Assembly (NCBI GenBank): GCA_965655435.1
Contig: CBFHHK010000003.1
Coordinates: 1-56,573, forward strand
Direction: 5' to 3'
DNA length: 56,573 nucleotides
Origin: Planctomycetota bacterium
GTDB taxonomy: Bacteria > Planctomycetota > UBA1135 > GCA-002686595
Below, piece by piece: positions 9,901 through 19,500 of the stretch. Within the stretch, counting starts at the first letter, position 1, and each line of letters starts with the position of its first letter. Position numbers and translations under genes: made by a program. Under the pieces are notes generated by a model. The model ran no database searches. It was given only the letters and a program-made list of their open reading frames with translations, and was not told where the DNA came from.

Positions 9901-10675
9901 CTGGACCATCTCTCCGCTCACCACGGATCATGGGGAGGTGACGGTGCTGATGGCGGTGGCCAAGGACTTGCGGGATGAGGAGCAGGCGCAGGCTCGCCTC
10001 GTCGACCTCCAGCGCCGGCTCGCCAAGGCCCAGGAGTCCGAGCGGAGCCGGATCGCGCGCGAGATTCACGACGACCTCTCTCAGCGGCTCGCTGCGACCA
10101 CCATGAACGCAGCCGCGATCCGTGCCCGGCTCCCCAAGACGGAGGATGAGGAGGTCCCGCTGATGCTCGACGGGCTCCACGATGACCTCGACCGCCTGAC
10201 CACGGACATCCACGCCCTCTCCCGGCAGCTCCACCCGACCGTGCTGGATGACCTGGGCCTCGCACGCGCCATCGAGTCCGAGTGCGCGCGGCAGCACAGC
10301 TACACGGAGGCCGAGGTCGCCTTCACCGGCCCCCGTGAGCCCCTTGAGCTCCCCTCGGACGTGGCGCTGACCTTCTTCCGAATCGCCCAGGAGTCCATCC
10401 GGAACGCCATCAAGCACGGGTGCCCAGGGTCTATCGATGTGCGCCTCAGCCTCGCCGGGAAGCACCTCCGCCTCTCGGTCCGCGACGACGGGGAGGGGTT
10501 CGAGACCTCTGAGGGTCGCGCTGAATCCCAGTCGGGACTCGGGCTCATCAGCATGGAAGAGCGTGCGCGACTCATCGGCGCCACCTTCTCGCTGGACAGC
10601 AGCCCCAAGAAGGGCACGTCGGTCACCGTCGAGTTCGTCCTCGAAGGCAAGCCGGCCGCCAGCGTCGCCCCCTGA
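6923..10675 (+). CDS. Sensor histidine kinase: two-component regulator propeller + Y_Y_Y + TM + 2 PAS + HisKA_3 + HATPase_c
   Basis: DGLPSNSIRAL..D.EGQLWIGT, YFNLPPGTYTFEVR, ERSRIAREIHDDLSQ, LHPTVLDDLGL, QESIRNAIKH, DDGEGF, GLGLISMEER. ATG at 6923 precedes a signal peptide (ORF track start 6491 overlaps the upstream gene). Confidence 0.9.
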   Translation: MVPFRSWAPAALALLLALVLASSLTAQVREDHYEELRFSIEDGLPSNSIRALEFDEEGQLWIGTLAGLTVFDGNVFTSVPLCNEGAPLAHRVTALEMCADGALLIGTQGGTLLRYSQGVFETLPTDLNSAVQAIEELPEGAIVVAGQSLVSINEDEVRVFASSDRANRGAADLKAHEGSLYAAGPWGLWKLGEGSPELLRAGRYEALVQAPGGDLLAVRPGEVIRVNDPTKPLDLRLGSVYASIVINEQMTMLACEDTTQLLFANGAPSAPILLMEDDTATRPRAFAVRRRGSWIGTDRNGLLYIERTPAYKLDGDAGAPALYARSVFQLDPDSAIVQRPRANAIRFTQTSASSTGTFDELEFIGGTPVPIFGCTSSREGVAWLASEAGVFRLEGVTARPAPCADGPVLAIVDTPSGEVWAAEDGSFFEVLPNGERGRSLPGPTPAPATVAASETGLYFAAVGGVYHLETSRNSGAAERILELTESVEPRWLAVDPQGDPWLTTYGDGLFCIRADGSEQYTVKDGLTCDYLGWINFSTDRNSGQVSVLLNSNRGLLTVPVGRLRAGLQSTGGALQTLSNQESEGPSGAYLACGTILLPTLRGLYGFRLDQGVSTNEPPRTVIDAVVVNDVDMDDGDKIAMAEVQGSADIDIGFTAIAMPSTADATFSYRLLSPESDASADVDWVNSFSAKSVQYFNLPPGTYTFEVRSKLPGTDWSAPVSARVVRVNPFLYQRPEAQFTLLALVLILLAYSFTRFIRAEDASQELTTQVEQNRTLAAEAAQREARYARLLDSSHDGIVLIESDGRISFANDAVTRSFGFERSELLEKDASWLGITDTLAILAAADGGESANLFSRNVLVDDKFGIPHESDLVAARTELDGKGCLLVVIRDLTADNLLLDRLDTSERRFQALFQGAPAALITFSSDLRLIDWNRRAEGLLGTIDSPEVKLSAAFESGLKRANFELQVQRTIETRSETRAVHSTTGSSGEKLRVNWTISPLTTDHGEVTVLMAVAKDLRDEEQAQARLVDLQRRLAKAQESERSRIAREIHDDLSQRLAATTMNAAAIRARLPKTEDEEVPLMLDGLHDDLDRLTTDIHALSRQLHPTVLDDLGLARAIESECARQHSYTEAEVAFTGPREPLELPSDVALTFFRIAQESIRNAIKHGCPGSIDVRLSLAGKHLRLSVRDDGEGFETSEGRAESQSGLGLISMEERARLIGATFSLDSSPKKGTSVTVEFVLEGKPAASVAP

Positions 10676-11577
10676 TGTCCCGCGCGAAGCTGCTTCGCCG
10701 CCAGATCTCTGGCGGCGGCCCCCTCGTCCTCGATGGCGCGACGGGTACCGGGCTGGGCGCGGTGCAGCCGGAGGAGCGCCCCGGGGGAGGGCTCGAGCGG
10801 CTGAACCTGGACGAGCCCGACGTCGTGATCGCGATACACCGGGAGTCTCTGAGGGCCGGGGCTCAGGTGCTGCGGACCAACTCCTTCTGCGCGAGCGAGC
10901 TCGAGCTGCGGCGGTTCGGCCTCCCCCACCAGGCAGAGGAGCTCTCGCGTCGAGCTGCAGAGCTGGCCCGCGCCGCCGCTATCAGCTGCGACCTCGACCC
11001 GCTCTGCCTCGGGGTCATCGGTCCAGGCACGGCGTCAGCTGGAGACGCTGGCGAGGGCGGGGCCGACCCAGGCAGGATCCGAGGGCTCCTGGCCGGGGGT
11101 GTGGACGGGATCCTCGCCGAGACGCTGCCCTCGCTAGAGGCCGCCCGGCGCATCGTCCGCGCCGTACGACGGGCGAGCCAGGAGATCCCGATCCTCGCCA
11201 GCTTCAGCCTCACCGCCGAGGGCGACCTGCCAGGGGGAGGCGGCGTGGACGATCTTGCCCGCCTGGCTGAGGAGCTCGACGTGGACCTCTTGGCCCTCAA
11301 CTGCGCCTTCGGGCCGGCGCCCATGGAAGCCCCCCTCGCCGCGCTGCGCGCTGCGTGGCGCGGGCCGCTAGGCGCCTGGCCCAACGCCGGGCTTCCCGAG
11401 GCGGTCGGGGGTCGTCCGGTCTGGCCCGTCAAACCGGACCCCCTTGCCGCCTGGTGCCGGCGGGCAGCCGAGTCCCACGACCTGCGGCTCGTCGGCGGCT
11501 GCTGCGGCACCTCGGCCGCGCATGTTGCAGCCATCGGCCGAGCGCTCGATCAGTCCGGCGGCGCGACGCGCCCGTGA
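10675..11577 (+). CDS. Homocysteine S-methyltransferase family protein (stand-alone MetH Hcy-binding-like domain)
   Basis: LVLDGATGT, TNSF, AET, Zn ligands LNC and GGCCGT, PNAGLP. Start overlaps the kinase stop (TGATG). Confidence 0.88.
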   Translation: MSRAKLLRRQISGGGPLVLDGATGTGLGAVQPEERPGGGLERLNLDEPDVVIAIHRESLRAGAQVLRTNSFCASELELRRFGLPHQAEELSRRAAELARAAAISCDLDPLCLGVIGPGTASAGDAGEGGADPGRIRGLLAGGVDGILAETLPSLEAARRIVRAVRRASQEIPILASFSLTAEGDLPGGGGVDDLARLAEELDVDLLALNCAFGPAPMEAPLAALRAAWRGPLGAWPNAGLPEAVGGRPVWPVKPDPLAAWCRRAAESHDLRLVGGCCGTSAAHVAAIGRALDQSGGATRP

Positions 11578-12449
11578 CCCGAGGCGGAGACCCCCGCGCC
11601 CACGAGGAGCAGCGCCGCCCCGAGCGCCTCCTCCCACCCGAAGGACTGGCCCAGGGCCGCCCAGGCTAGCACCGCGGCCCCCGCGGGCTCCAAGAGCACC
11701 GTCAGCGAGACCACGTGGACGGGCAAGGACCTCGCCGCCCAGTTCATGGAGCCGTGCCCGATCAACCCCGGCCCGAGGCCGAGCCAGAGGATCGCCAACA
11801 CCTCCGCGCCCCCTGCGCCGGGGACCCAGACGTCTGCGCCGCTGAGCAGGATCCAGCCACTGATCGTCAGCGCGGCGATCCCGTTGACCCAGGCCAGGAG
11901 CGTCGGGAGCGGCAGCGCATGCCCGACGCCCCGGTTGACCACGAGATAGGCCGCGCTGCACGCCCCCGCAAAGACCGCCAGGCCATCTCCGAGCAGCGTC
12001 GCGGTCCCCGCGTCCGACCCCGTCAGGATCGCCGTGCCGAGGAGCGCCACCGCGACCCCCGCGCTCAGGCGCCAGGAGACACGGTCCCCCAGGAAGAGGC
12101 CGAAGAGCCCGGCGAAGAGCGTCTGGAGCCCCACCAACACCGCTCCATGGGCGACAGAGGTCATCGTCAGGCTCAGGATCCACAGGGAGAAGTGAGCACC
12201 GAGGAGCGTGCCAGAGATCCAGATGCGTCGACGGGTGGGCCCGTCGACGCCCGTCAACCCGAGCCCTCCACCCCGCACGCGGGCGATCACCGCCCAGGCG
12301 AGGGCCGTGATCGCGACCCTCGAGGCAGCCACCGTCGCCGGAGGGGCGGGAGCCGCGATCACGATCACGACCGCCGCGCTGGAGAAGACGAGCCAGCTGA
12401 CGAGGAGGCTCAGGATGAGCTGGCGCCGGTGCGAGGAGGAGGGGCTCAC
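11550..12449 (-). CDS. DMT/EamA family transporter
   Basis: About 10 TM segments; HFSLWILSL..TSVA, GDGLA, LLEP. GTG start at 12449 inferred. Confidence 0.85.
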   Translation of the reverse strand: MSPSSSHRRQLILSLLVSWLVFSSAAVVIVIAAPAPPATVAASRVAITALAWAVIARVRGGGLGLTGVDGPTRRRIWISGTLLGAHFSLWILSLTMTSVAHGAVLVGLQTLFAGLFGLFLGDRVSWRLSAGVAVALLGTAILTGSDAGTATLLGDGLAVFAGACSAAYLVVNRGVGHALPLPTLLAWVNGIAALTISGWILLSGADVWVPGAGGAEVLAILWLGLGPGLIGHGSMNWAARSLPVHVVSLTVLLEPAGAAVLAWAALGQSFGWEEALGAALLLVGAGVSASGHGRVAPPD

Positions 12450-12542
12450 GCGCGCCCTCCCCTGCTCCAGCGGCGCCGGCTCACCCGCCCCACGACCGAG
12501 GCCGACCACCCGCGCTGCGAGCCCTGCACCCGACCGTTCACC

Positions 12543-13700
12543 TCAGCGCCCTCCGCCGGAGCGCTCGATGAAGTCAATCCCCTCTCGCGCGATCGCAGCC
12601 GCCTCGCTCCCCGGCTCGAGGTCGATGACGTCGAGAAAGTGCTGGTACGCAGAGGTCGGGCGCTGGAGGTTGCGGAGCTGTACGAGCCCGGCGCCCAGGT
12701 GTGCGTCAGCCGCCATCGCACCGCTCGGGTGGCTCGCCAGCACGCGCCTGAAGGCCGAGAGGGCGGCGCGCGCCTTGCCGCTCTCCGACAGCCAACGGCC
12801 CAGGACCAGCACCTCCCGCGGCGACTCGCGGTCGAGCACGTGGTGGGAGGAGGAGAAGTACTGCTCGGCTGCCTCATCGAGCCTCCCGGCTCCAACGAGC
12901 TCGGCGAACCTCGGTCGGCGCTCCGCCGCGGCGGTGGCGGCTGCGGTGTGCGCCCGCGCCTCCCGAAACTCACGCGGGCGCGACTCGCGCTCCCTGCGGT
13001 CGACGAGGAACGCCGCCCCGAGCCCGGCGAAGAAGCCCCCGATGTGGGCCCCGTACGCGACTCCGGACGGACCAGCGTTCCCCTGGGCCAACGCCGGCAG
13101 GATGTTGCTCAGGATGATGTACCCCCCGAGCACCACCCGGGCTGGGATCCGGATCACCTGCACGAAGACGAAGAACAGCACGAAGACGTTCACCACGTTC
13201 CTCGGGAAGAGGAGGAAGTAGAACCCCATCACCCCCGAGATCGCACCGCTCGCGCCGACGAGCGGGACGTTGGACCCGCGCGACATCGCGGCGAAGAACA
13301 GCGTCGCCGCCGCGCCGGTCCCCAGGTAGGCCGCCAGGTAGCCGAGGCGGCCGAGCCGATGCTCGACGTTGTCGCCGAAGATCCACAGGAACAGCATGTT
13401 CCCCGCAAGGTGAAGCAGGCCACCGTGCAGGAACATCGAGGTCAGGAGGGTCAAGGCTGACGCATGCGCTGGCCTGAAGCCGTACTCGAAGACGAAGACG
13501 TCGTAGTTGGTCAGTCCTGGCGCCAGCACGCTCCGGCCAGCCCCTCGCATGTACTCCTGAACGAGCGGGTGCGCGGGATCCGCGGCGCCGTGGAAGGCCA
13601 CCGTCGCAAGGAGGTAGACCGCCACGTTGAGGCCGATCAGGCCCCAGGTAACCAGGGGCCGTCCGGGCGGGTTGGGCGCGTCGCTGATGGGCAGGAACAA
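12543..13700 (-). CDS. Rhomboid family intramembrane serine protease with a C-terminal TPR-like region
   Basis: SMFLHGG..HL.GNMLFLWIFGDNVE, catalytic GASG, AYGAHIGG. TTG start after GGAGAG. Confidence 0.9.
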   Translation of the reverse strand: MFLPISDAPNPPGRPLVTWGLIGLNVAVYLLATVAFHGAADPAHPLVQEYMRGAGRSVLAPGLTNYDVFVFEYGFRPAHASALTLLTSMFLHGGLLHLAGNMLFLWIFGDNVEHRLGRLGYLAAYLGTGAAATLFFAAMSRGSNVPLVGASGAISGVMGFYFLLFPRNVVNVFVLFFVFVQVIRIPARVVLGGYIILSNILPALAQGNAGPSGVAYGAHIGGFFAGLGAAFLVDRRERESRPREFREARAHTAAATAAAERRPRFAELVGAGRLDEAAEQYFSSSHHVLDRESPREVLVLGRWLSESGKARAALSAFRRVLASHPSGAMAADAHLGAGLVQLRNLQRPTSAYQHFLDVIDLEPGSEAAAIAREGIDFIERSGGGR

Positions 13701-13802
13701 GGTTCTCTCCAGGCTCTGATGCGCCGCTCGGGCGCTGACTGAGCGGCGCGATCATAGGGCCCCGGCACGGGCCTGCTGGGTCTCTCCCCCACAACCAATG
13801 GA

Positions 13803-13839
13803 GCGGCCCCGCTCCGCCGGGTGGCGCGAGCGGGGCCGC
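13803..13839 (-). terminator. GC-rich hairpin downstream of the S8 protease (possible terminator or stabiliser)
   Basis: 12-bp stem GCGGCCCCGCTC/GAGCGGGGCCGC. No clear U-tract. Confidence 0.4.
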
Positions 13840-13899
13840 AGGACCAGGGAGGGGTGATCCCCCCTGGAGGCCGGGGTCCTCCGTGGAGGACGCCCTGGC

Positions 13900-16425
13900 T
13901 CAGGGGCAGAAGGTGACGCTGAGACCGTCGGTCAGGTTGAACAGCGCGCCGCCACCGGCGAGGTCGCGGTACAGGAACTGGAAGTTCCAAGTCTCACCCA
14001 CCGCCACCTGTCCGCTCGGGTTCGGCGGCGCGGTGTTGTCGAAGGGGAAGATCGCGGTCCCGAAGAAGTCCGCCGAGGACACGCCCAGTCGGATCACAGA
14101 ACCGAGGCAGAGCGTCCCGTTCCCGACCGGCGCCGTGGCGCGGTCCGGCGCGTAGGCGAAGATGCCGATCGTGCCGCCGGGGCAACCTGACGCCACGAGC
14201 AGGAGGTCGTTCGCACCGATGCTCGCGCTCCCACCAGGGAACATGACCGCGGAGAGGCCGGTCGAGTTGGGAGACGAGGTGCAGTACGACTGGAAGCCGC
14301 AGTTGGCGGGGCAGAGCTCGAAGACCTCGAGGTCGTCCACCGCAGCCTCGACGATCGAGCCGCTCCCGAGGTCCGCCGCGACGAAGCGCAGGGTCACCGA
14401 ACCGGTCGCGGGGACGAGGTCGCTGACGCGGAAGGTCGTACGCGCCCACCCGCCAGCCTCGGCCGCCGGGCCGAGGGTCTCGACGTTCACCCAGGTGGCG
14501 CCACCGTCGGCCGAGACGTCCACCGTGAAGACGTCGTCGGTGTTGGAGCCCGCCGAGTTGTTGTACGAGCGCCAGTAGCCGATGTAGGGGTCGGCTGAGG
14601 TCGACACATCGATCGCCGGAGACACCAGCGTGGTGAAGCCGCCGTCCACGTCATTCTCACCCAGCGAGCCGCCGGGGCTCCCCTGACCGGTGACGAAGCA
14701 GAGCGAGCCGCCCAGCGTGTGGTCGTCCTCGGGCTGCGCCGCCGTGCCGATCGGATCCACGAGCACCCACGCACCGGTGGTCGCCGTGTCGCCAGCGAGG
14801 CCTGCGACCCAGCCGCTGGTCGCCTCGAGGTCGTCCGAGAAGACGATGCTTCGTTCGATCGCCTGGGCGGAGTAGGCCGCCGCAGCGCCGGAGGCCGGCG
14901 CGAGTGCGGTGGTACCGCTGACCAGCGGGAACTCGAAGTAGTAGTCAACCTCAGACGGGCACGCCGCCGCCGGGAAGGTGGCCCGGAAGGTGTCGTTGCC
15001 GATGAACGGGAGCGGCTCCGAGACGAAGCCGGAACCGGTGTCGAACCAGACCAGGGCCGCCGCGGTGTCCGGCGCGTCGGTCCCGGGGGTGACGATCACG
15101 TCCAGGATGTCCCCGCCAGCCGGGCTGACCTCGTCCGGTCGCGCCACGGGGAAGGAGATCCCCACCGACGTCGCCGGCGTCATCTGCATCGCGATGTCCG
15201 AGTTGATCCGGCCGTAGCCGAAGTTGTCGTCGACGCCGGCGGCGCCGAGGTCGTCGCAGGACATGCGGAGGACGTCCTCCACCTGCTGCGGGGTCAGGCT
15301 GGGGTTCTTCGACCAGATCAGCGCGCAAAGGCCTGCGACCATCGGGCAGGCGAAGCTCGTTCCGCTCACGTTGCTGTATCCGCCGCCGTCATTGGTGGTC
15401 CGGACCCCTTGGCCCGGGGCAGAGAGGTCGACGAACGAGCCGCGGTTTGAGAAGGAGGCGAGCGCGTCCGACGAGGTCGTGGCGGCGACGACGATCACGT
15501 CGTCATCGCGGCTCCCCGAGAGGGTGTCCGAGGAGTTGCCTGCCGCCCAGACGAGGAGGGCGCCGAGGCCGCGGACGTAGGTGCCGGTCGAGTTCACCGA
15601 GCCGGACTGAACGCCGCTGTAGCTCACGCTGGCCACCTTGTCGCCGACCTCCGCTGCAGAGCGAGCCGCCCGGGTGAGGTTGGAGAGTGACGCGCCGCCG
15701 TTCGTGGAGTCGGTCACCCGCATGGTGCGGTGCCCGAGGTTCCAACCAACACCTGAGACGCCGATGCCGTTGTCACCGTTCGCTGCGGAGGTTCCGACGC
15801 AGAGGGTGCCGTGCCCGTTGATGTCCTCGATCGGACCGCCCTGGCTCTCCCAGGTGTCCGAGGGAGCGTGGTAGCCCTCCTGACGGTGCAGCTGCAGGTC
15901 GACGTGCGAGAGCAGGATCCCCGTATCACAGATCGCGACCACGATGCTCGGGTCACCCGTCTCCTGGTCCCAGGCCGCGCAAGAGGCCATGCGGTTCGCC
16001 TGGTGATGCCACTGCTGGCCGAACTGGCTGTCGTCCGGGCAGGCGATCGGATAGACGGTCCAGTCCGGCTCCACGTACTGGAACGCGCCGGTCACGAGCA
16101 GGTCGTTCGCGACGCTGGTCTCGGTGGCGCCCGAGGGGACGAAGAACAGGTACTCGTCGGTCGCCCCCACGTACTCCTTCAGCTCGAAGGCCTCGAGGGC
16201 CCGACGCGCGATCCCCTGGAGGCGGCGCGCCTCGTCCGGGGTCTGGCCGCGCTCGGCGGCGGTCGAGACCTGGAGCGGGCGGGCGCACATGACGCCGGAG
16301 AACTCGAGTTCTCCCTCGACCTCCTGGAACTCCACGAAGGTGGAAGGACTGGAGGCTTCCTGAGCGTAGGCGAGGGGCGCTGCCACGAGGAGGGCAGCGG
16401 GGATCAAGCGCGGGAGGAGTTTCAT
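13900..16425 (-). CDS. Secreted S8 (subtilisin) family serine peptidase with C-terminal beta domains
   Basis: Signal peptide MKLLPRLIPAALL..AYA; triad ICDTG, NGHGT, SGTSFACP; oxyanion AAGN; C-terminus WNFQFLYRD...FNLTDGLSVTFCP. Confidence 0.92.
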   Translation of the reverse strand: MKLLPRLIPAALLVAAPLAYAQEASSPSTFVEFQEVEGELEFSGVMCARPLQVSTAAERGQTPDEARRLQGIARRALEAFELKEYVGATDEYLFFVPSGATETSVANDLLVTGAFQYVEPDWTVYPIACPDDSQFGQQWHHQANRMASCAAWDQETGDPSIVVAICDTGILLSHVDLQLHRQEGYHAPSDTWESQGGPIEDINGHGTLCVGTSAANGDNGIGVSGVGWNLGHRTMRVTDSTNGGASLSNLTRAARSAAEVGDKVASVSYSGVQSGSVNSTGTYVRGLGALLVWAAGNSSDTLSGSRDDDVIVVAATTSSDALASFSNRGSFVDLSAPGQGVRTTNDGGGYSNVSGTSFACPMVAGLCALIWSKNPSLTPQQVEDVLRMSCDDLGAAGVDDNFGYGRINSDIAMQMTPATSVGISFPVARPDEVSPAGGDILDVIVTPGTDAPDTAAALVWFDTGSGFVSEPLPFIGNDTFRATFPAAACPSEVDYYFEFPLVSGTTALAPASGAAAAYSAQAIERSIVFSDDLEATSGWVAGLAGDTATTGAWVLVDPIGTAAQPEDDHTLGGSLCFVTGQGSPGGSLGENDVDGGFTTLVSPAIDVSTSADPYIGYWRSYNNSAGSNTDDVFTVDVSADGGATWVNVETLGPAAEAGGWARTTFRVSDLVPATGSVTLRFVAADLGSGSIVEAAVDDLEVFELCPANCGFQSYCTSSPNSTGLSAVMFPGGSASIGANDLLLVASGCPGGTIGIFAYAPDRATAPVGNGTLCLGSVIRLGVSSADFFGTAIFPFDNTAPPNPSGQVAVGETWNFQFLYRDLAGGGALFNLTDGLSVTFCP

Positions 16426-16526
16426 CGAGATGAGGGCTGGGGAGAGCTGGTGGGACCGTGGGAGGACGGCCCGGGGCCGTTGAATGTTCCGACAGTCCGC
16501 AGACGGCGTCGAATGAAATAAGTGTC

Positions 16527-19500
16527 TCAGTTCCTGACGAGGACGACGTCGTCCACGAACAAGAACTGTCCGCCTGCGGCGGTGGCGGTCAGGCGGAGGG
16601 ACTGAGCGCCGGCGGGGATGGAGAGGCTGGCCTGCACACACGCATACTCTGCGGTGGCCGCCACCGGCACCGACGTCGACGCAAGGACGGCCTCAGAGGC
16701 GTCCAGGGCCTCCACAGAGAGGCTTGAGGCGCCGCTGCCGCTGGTGCGTAACAGAGCGTTGAGCTCGCAGCTGGTGGCCCCGAGCACCCCGGTGACCGCC
16801 CACAGGGATGAGGCATTCAGCCGCACCGCCGGCGCCGCGACCCCTCCCACTGGCACGAGCTCGACGGCGCCGCTGGACTGCCAGCCGCTGAGGCCTTCGT
16901 CGAAGGCTCCGTTCTCCACGCCGTTCGGGTCAGCCAGCGCGATGGCCGCGTCGCCGTCGATCACCTCAAGGGTGTCGAGCTCCGGCGATCCACCCCGGCG
17001 CCCCGAACCCGAGGCCACGTAGATGCGTCCGTCCACCTCACCGATCCCGCCGCTGTGTCGTCCGTCCACGAGCGGCGGCAAGGTGGTCCAGCGCCCGGCG
17101 ATCACGTCGAGGGCTTCACACTCGTCGTGCGCGTCAAGCTGCGTGGTGCTCTCCCCGCCAATGACCACCGCGAAGCGGCCGACTGGCGTCGCCAGGGCGC
17201 CGGCCCTCGGAGTCGGGAGGTCGCGGGCGATGGTTGACCACTGCCCGGAGCTGAAGTCGTAGACATCGACCGCGCCGATCGTGTTCGCGAACGGGTTCGG
17301 CTGCGTGGTCGTTCGTCCGCCCGCAGCCACGAGGCGATTCCCGATCACGACGGTGCTGAAGTGATCGCGGGCGCGCGGCGCGTCGGGGAGCACCTGCCAC
17401 GTCTGGGTCGCGGGGTCGTACTCGTCGAACCAGGCGCGCGCCCCGCCGTTATGGCCCTGGTTGTTACCACCAAGGAGGTAGATCTTCCCGTCCCGTTCGA
17501 ACACGCCGTTCGCGCCGCGGCGGCGCGCCGCCGGGATCAGCGGCCCTTGCGTCCACTGGTCCGTGGCGGGATCCCAGGTCCAGATGTGAGGGACGCTGGT
17601 CTCGTTCGGATAGGACCCCGTGAACGCACCGACGACGTAGACGATCCCACCGAGGACGACCGGCTGGAAGTGGTTGATCTCGAAGGGCGGCGGCCCCATG
17701 GGCGTCCATTCGCCCGTGGTCGGGTCGAAGGCCTCAGTCGGGCGATTGCCCCGCCCCCCGATGAGGTAGAGCCGGCCGTTGACCGTGACCATCGCCGACT
17801 CGTGGCGGCAGGTCAGCACCGAGCCGTCCGTGGACGGGAGCACCTCCCAGGTCACGGGGGCCGCGCGGCGGAGCCGGATCAGCCGCGCCACCGAGGGGAC
17901 GCCCTGCCCGTCGATCACGAACAGCATGTACGCGCCCGGCGGCGCGACGTTGCCGTTGAGCGGGCTCGTCAGGTCGAGGGAAGCGCCGCTCTGCGTGAAG
18001 GAGAGCTCCAGGCACCGCTGGTCCGTGTTGATCCCATGGGTCGCGCTTCCGAGGCGGACGAGGGTGGCGCGCGAGACGGCGGCAGCGCCCGAGAGCTGGA
18101 CCTGGAACGGCGCGTCGTAGGCCACCGCCTCCGGCGCCGCGACGATCTCGGGACGCGGCGCGAGCTGCCCCGTGGAGTTGGAGAAGAGGTAAGGCGGCCG
18201 GAAGATCTCCGAGGAGAGGGAGCCGACGCCCGGGCTCGAGACGCCGCCGCCCGTCCAGACCGTGGCGTCGGGAAGGAGAATCGAGGTGGAGCGGTAGCCC
18301 CTGGGCTCGCTCGACGCGGCGCAGAAGGTCCACTCACCCGTCGCCGGGTCCCAGAGCTCCGCGACTCGAATCGCCGTCGACGTCGAGACAGGGTTGTGGC
18401 GTCGAGCCCCCCCGGTGACGAGCACCGTGCCATCCGCGAGCACCGTGGCGTCGTGGTCCGCCCGCCGGAACATCATCTCCCCTGCGCTCGACACCGACGG
18501 GGTCGGTCCGGTGACGTCGATCACCACCGCCGAGCGGCCGGCGTCCGGGATGCTCGAGAGGCGGTCCACGCCGCCGAGCACGAGGATCCTGTCCGAGCCG
18601 ATGCTCGCCGCAGATCCCCAGATCCGTTCCATGGCCTCCCGCTGTCCCTGGAAGGTCCAGGTCCCGCGCCCCTCGGTCTCGAAGACCCCGAGGTTCTGAT
18701 CCCAGCCGGCGACGACGACGTCGCCCGCGGGGCTCAGGTGGGCGAAGGGGAACAGCCCATCGACGGGCCCGATCCCAGTGTCCAGCCACGCGCCGAGATC
18801 CGCGCCTGGGAGCCGGGTCCAGGCCTCACCGTCGAAGCGCGCCGGGACGGTGCTCACCGAGCCCGAGTCCCCGCCGCCGAGCGCGAGGAAGGAGCCGTCT
18901 CCAAGGGTGAGGCCAGCGGCGCCATGTCGGGCTTCACCGGAGGCCGCGAGGGGGATCCAGGTCCCCGTGGAAGAGTCGAAGCGGCTGAGCTGATCCGCGC
19001 CGATCGGCGCCGCCGAGGGCGTCCGACCTGCGTAGCCTCCGAAGGCGAGGAGGTCGCCGCTGGAGAGCCGCGAGAGGGCGGCACCATAGAGCTCCTCGCT
19101 CGGGTGATCCGCGGGCGAGTGGACCCCGGTGCTCGGATCAAAGACGTCCACGACGGTCGTGTCGTGGGGGTCGGTCGGAGGCAGCGTGCCCGGCCCGCTA
19201 GCGAGGGCGCTGGAGAAGGTGAGGAGCTCGCCGGAGTCCAGCAGCACGGACTGGATCGGGTCGACCGGCCAGGCCTCTGCGGGGAGCCACTCCCCGCGCG
19301 TCGGCCTCAGGGCAGACCCATCGCCGGGCTGGAATCGGGGCGCCGACAGGAAGGCGCCGGCCCAGTTGGCGAGGTCATTCTGGGAACCGTCCCCGCCATC
19401 ACGGACGACCAGGATCAGCTCGCGGACGCCTCTGAGGTTGAGCCTCCCGGTGAATACGGGCCCGTCCGAGCCCGTCAGCAGGCCCGAGGTGTAGAGGACA

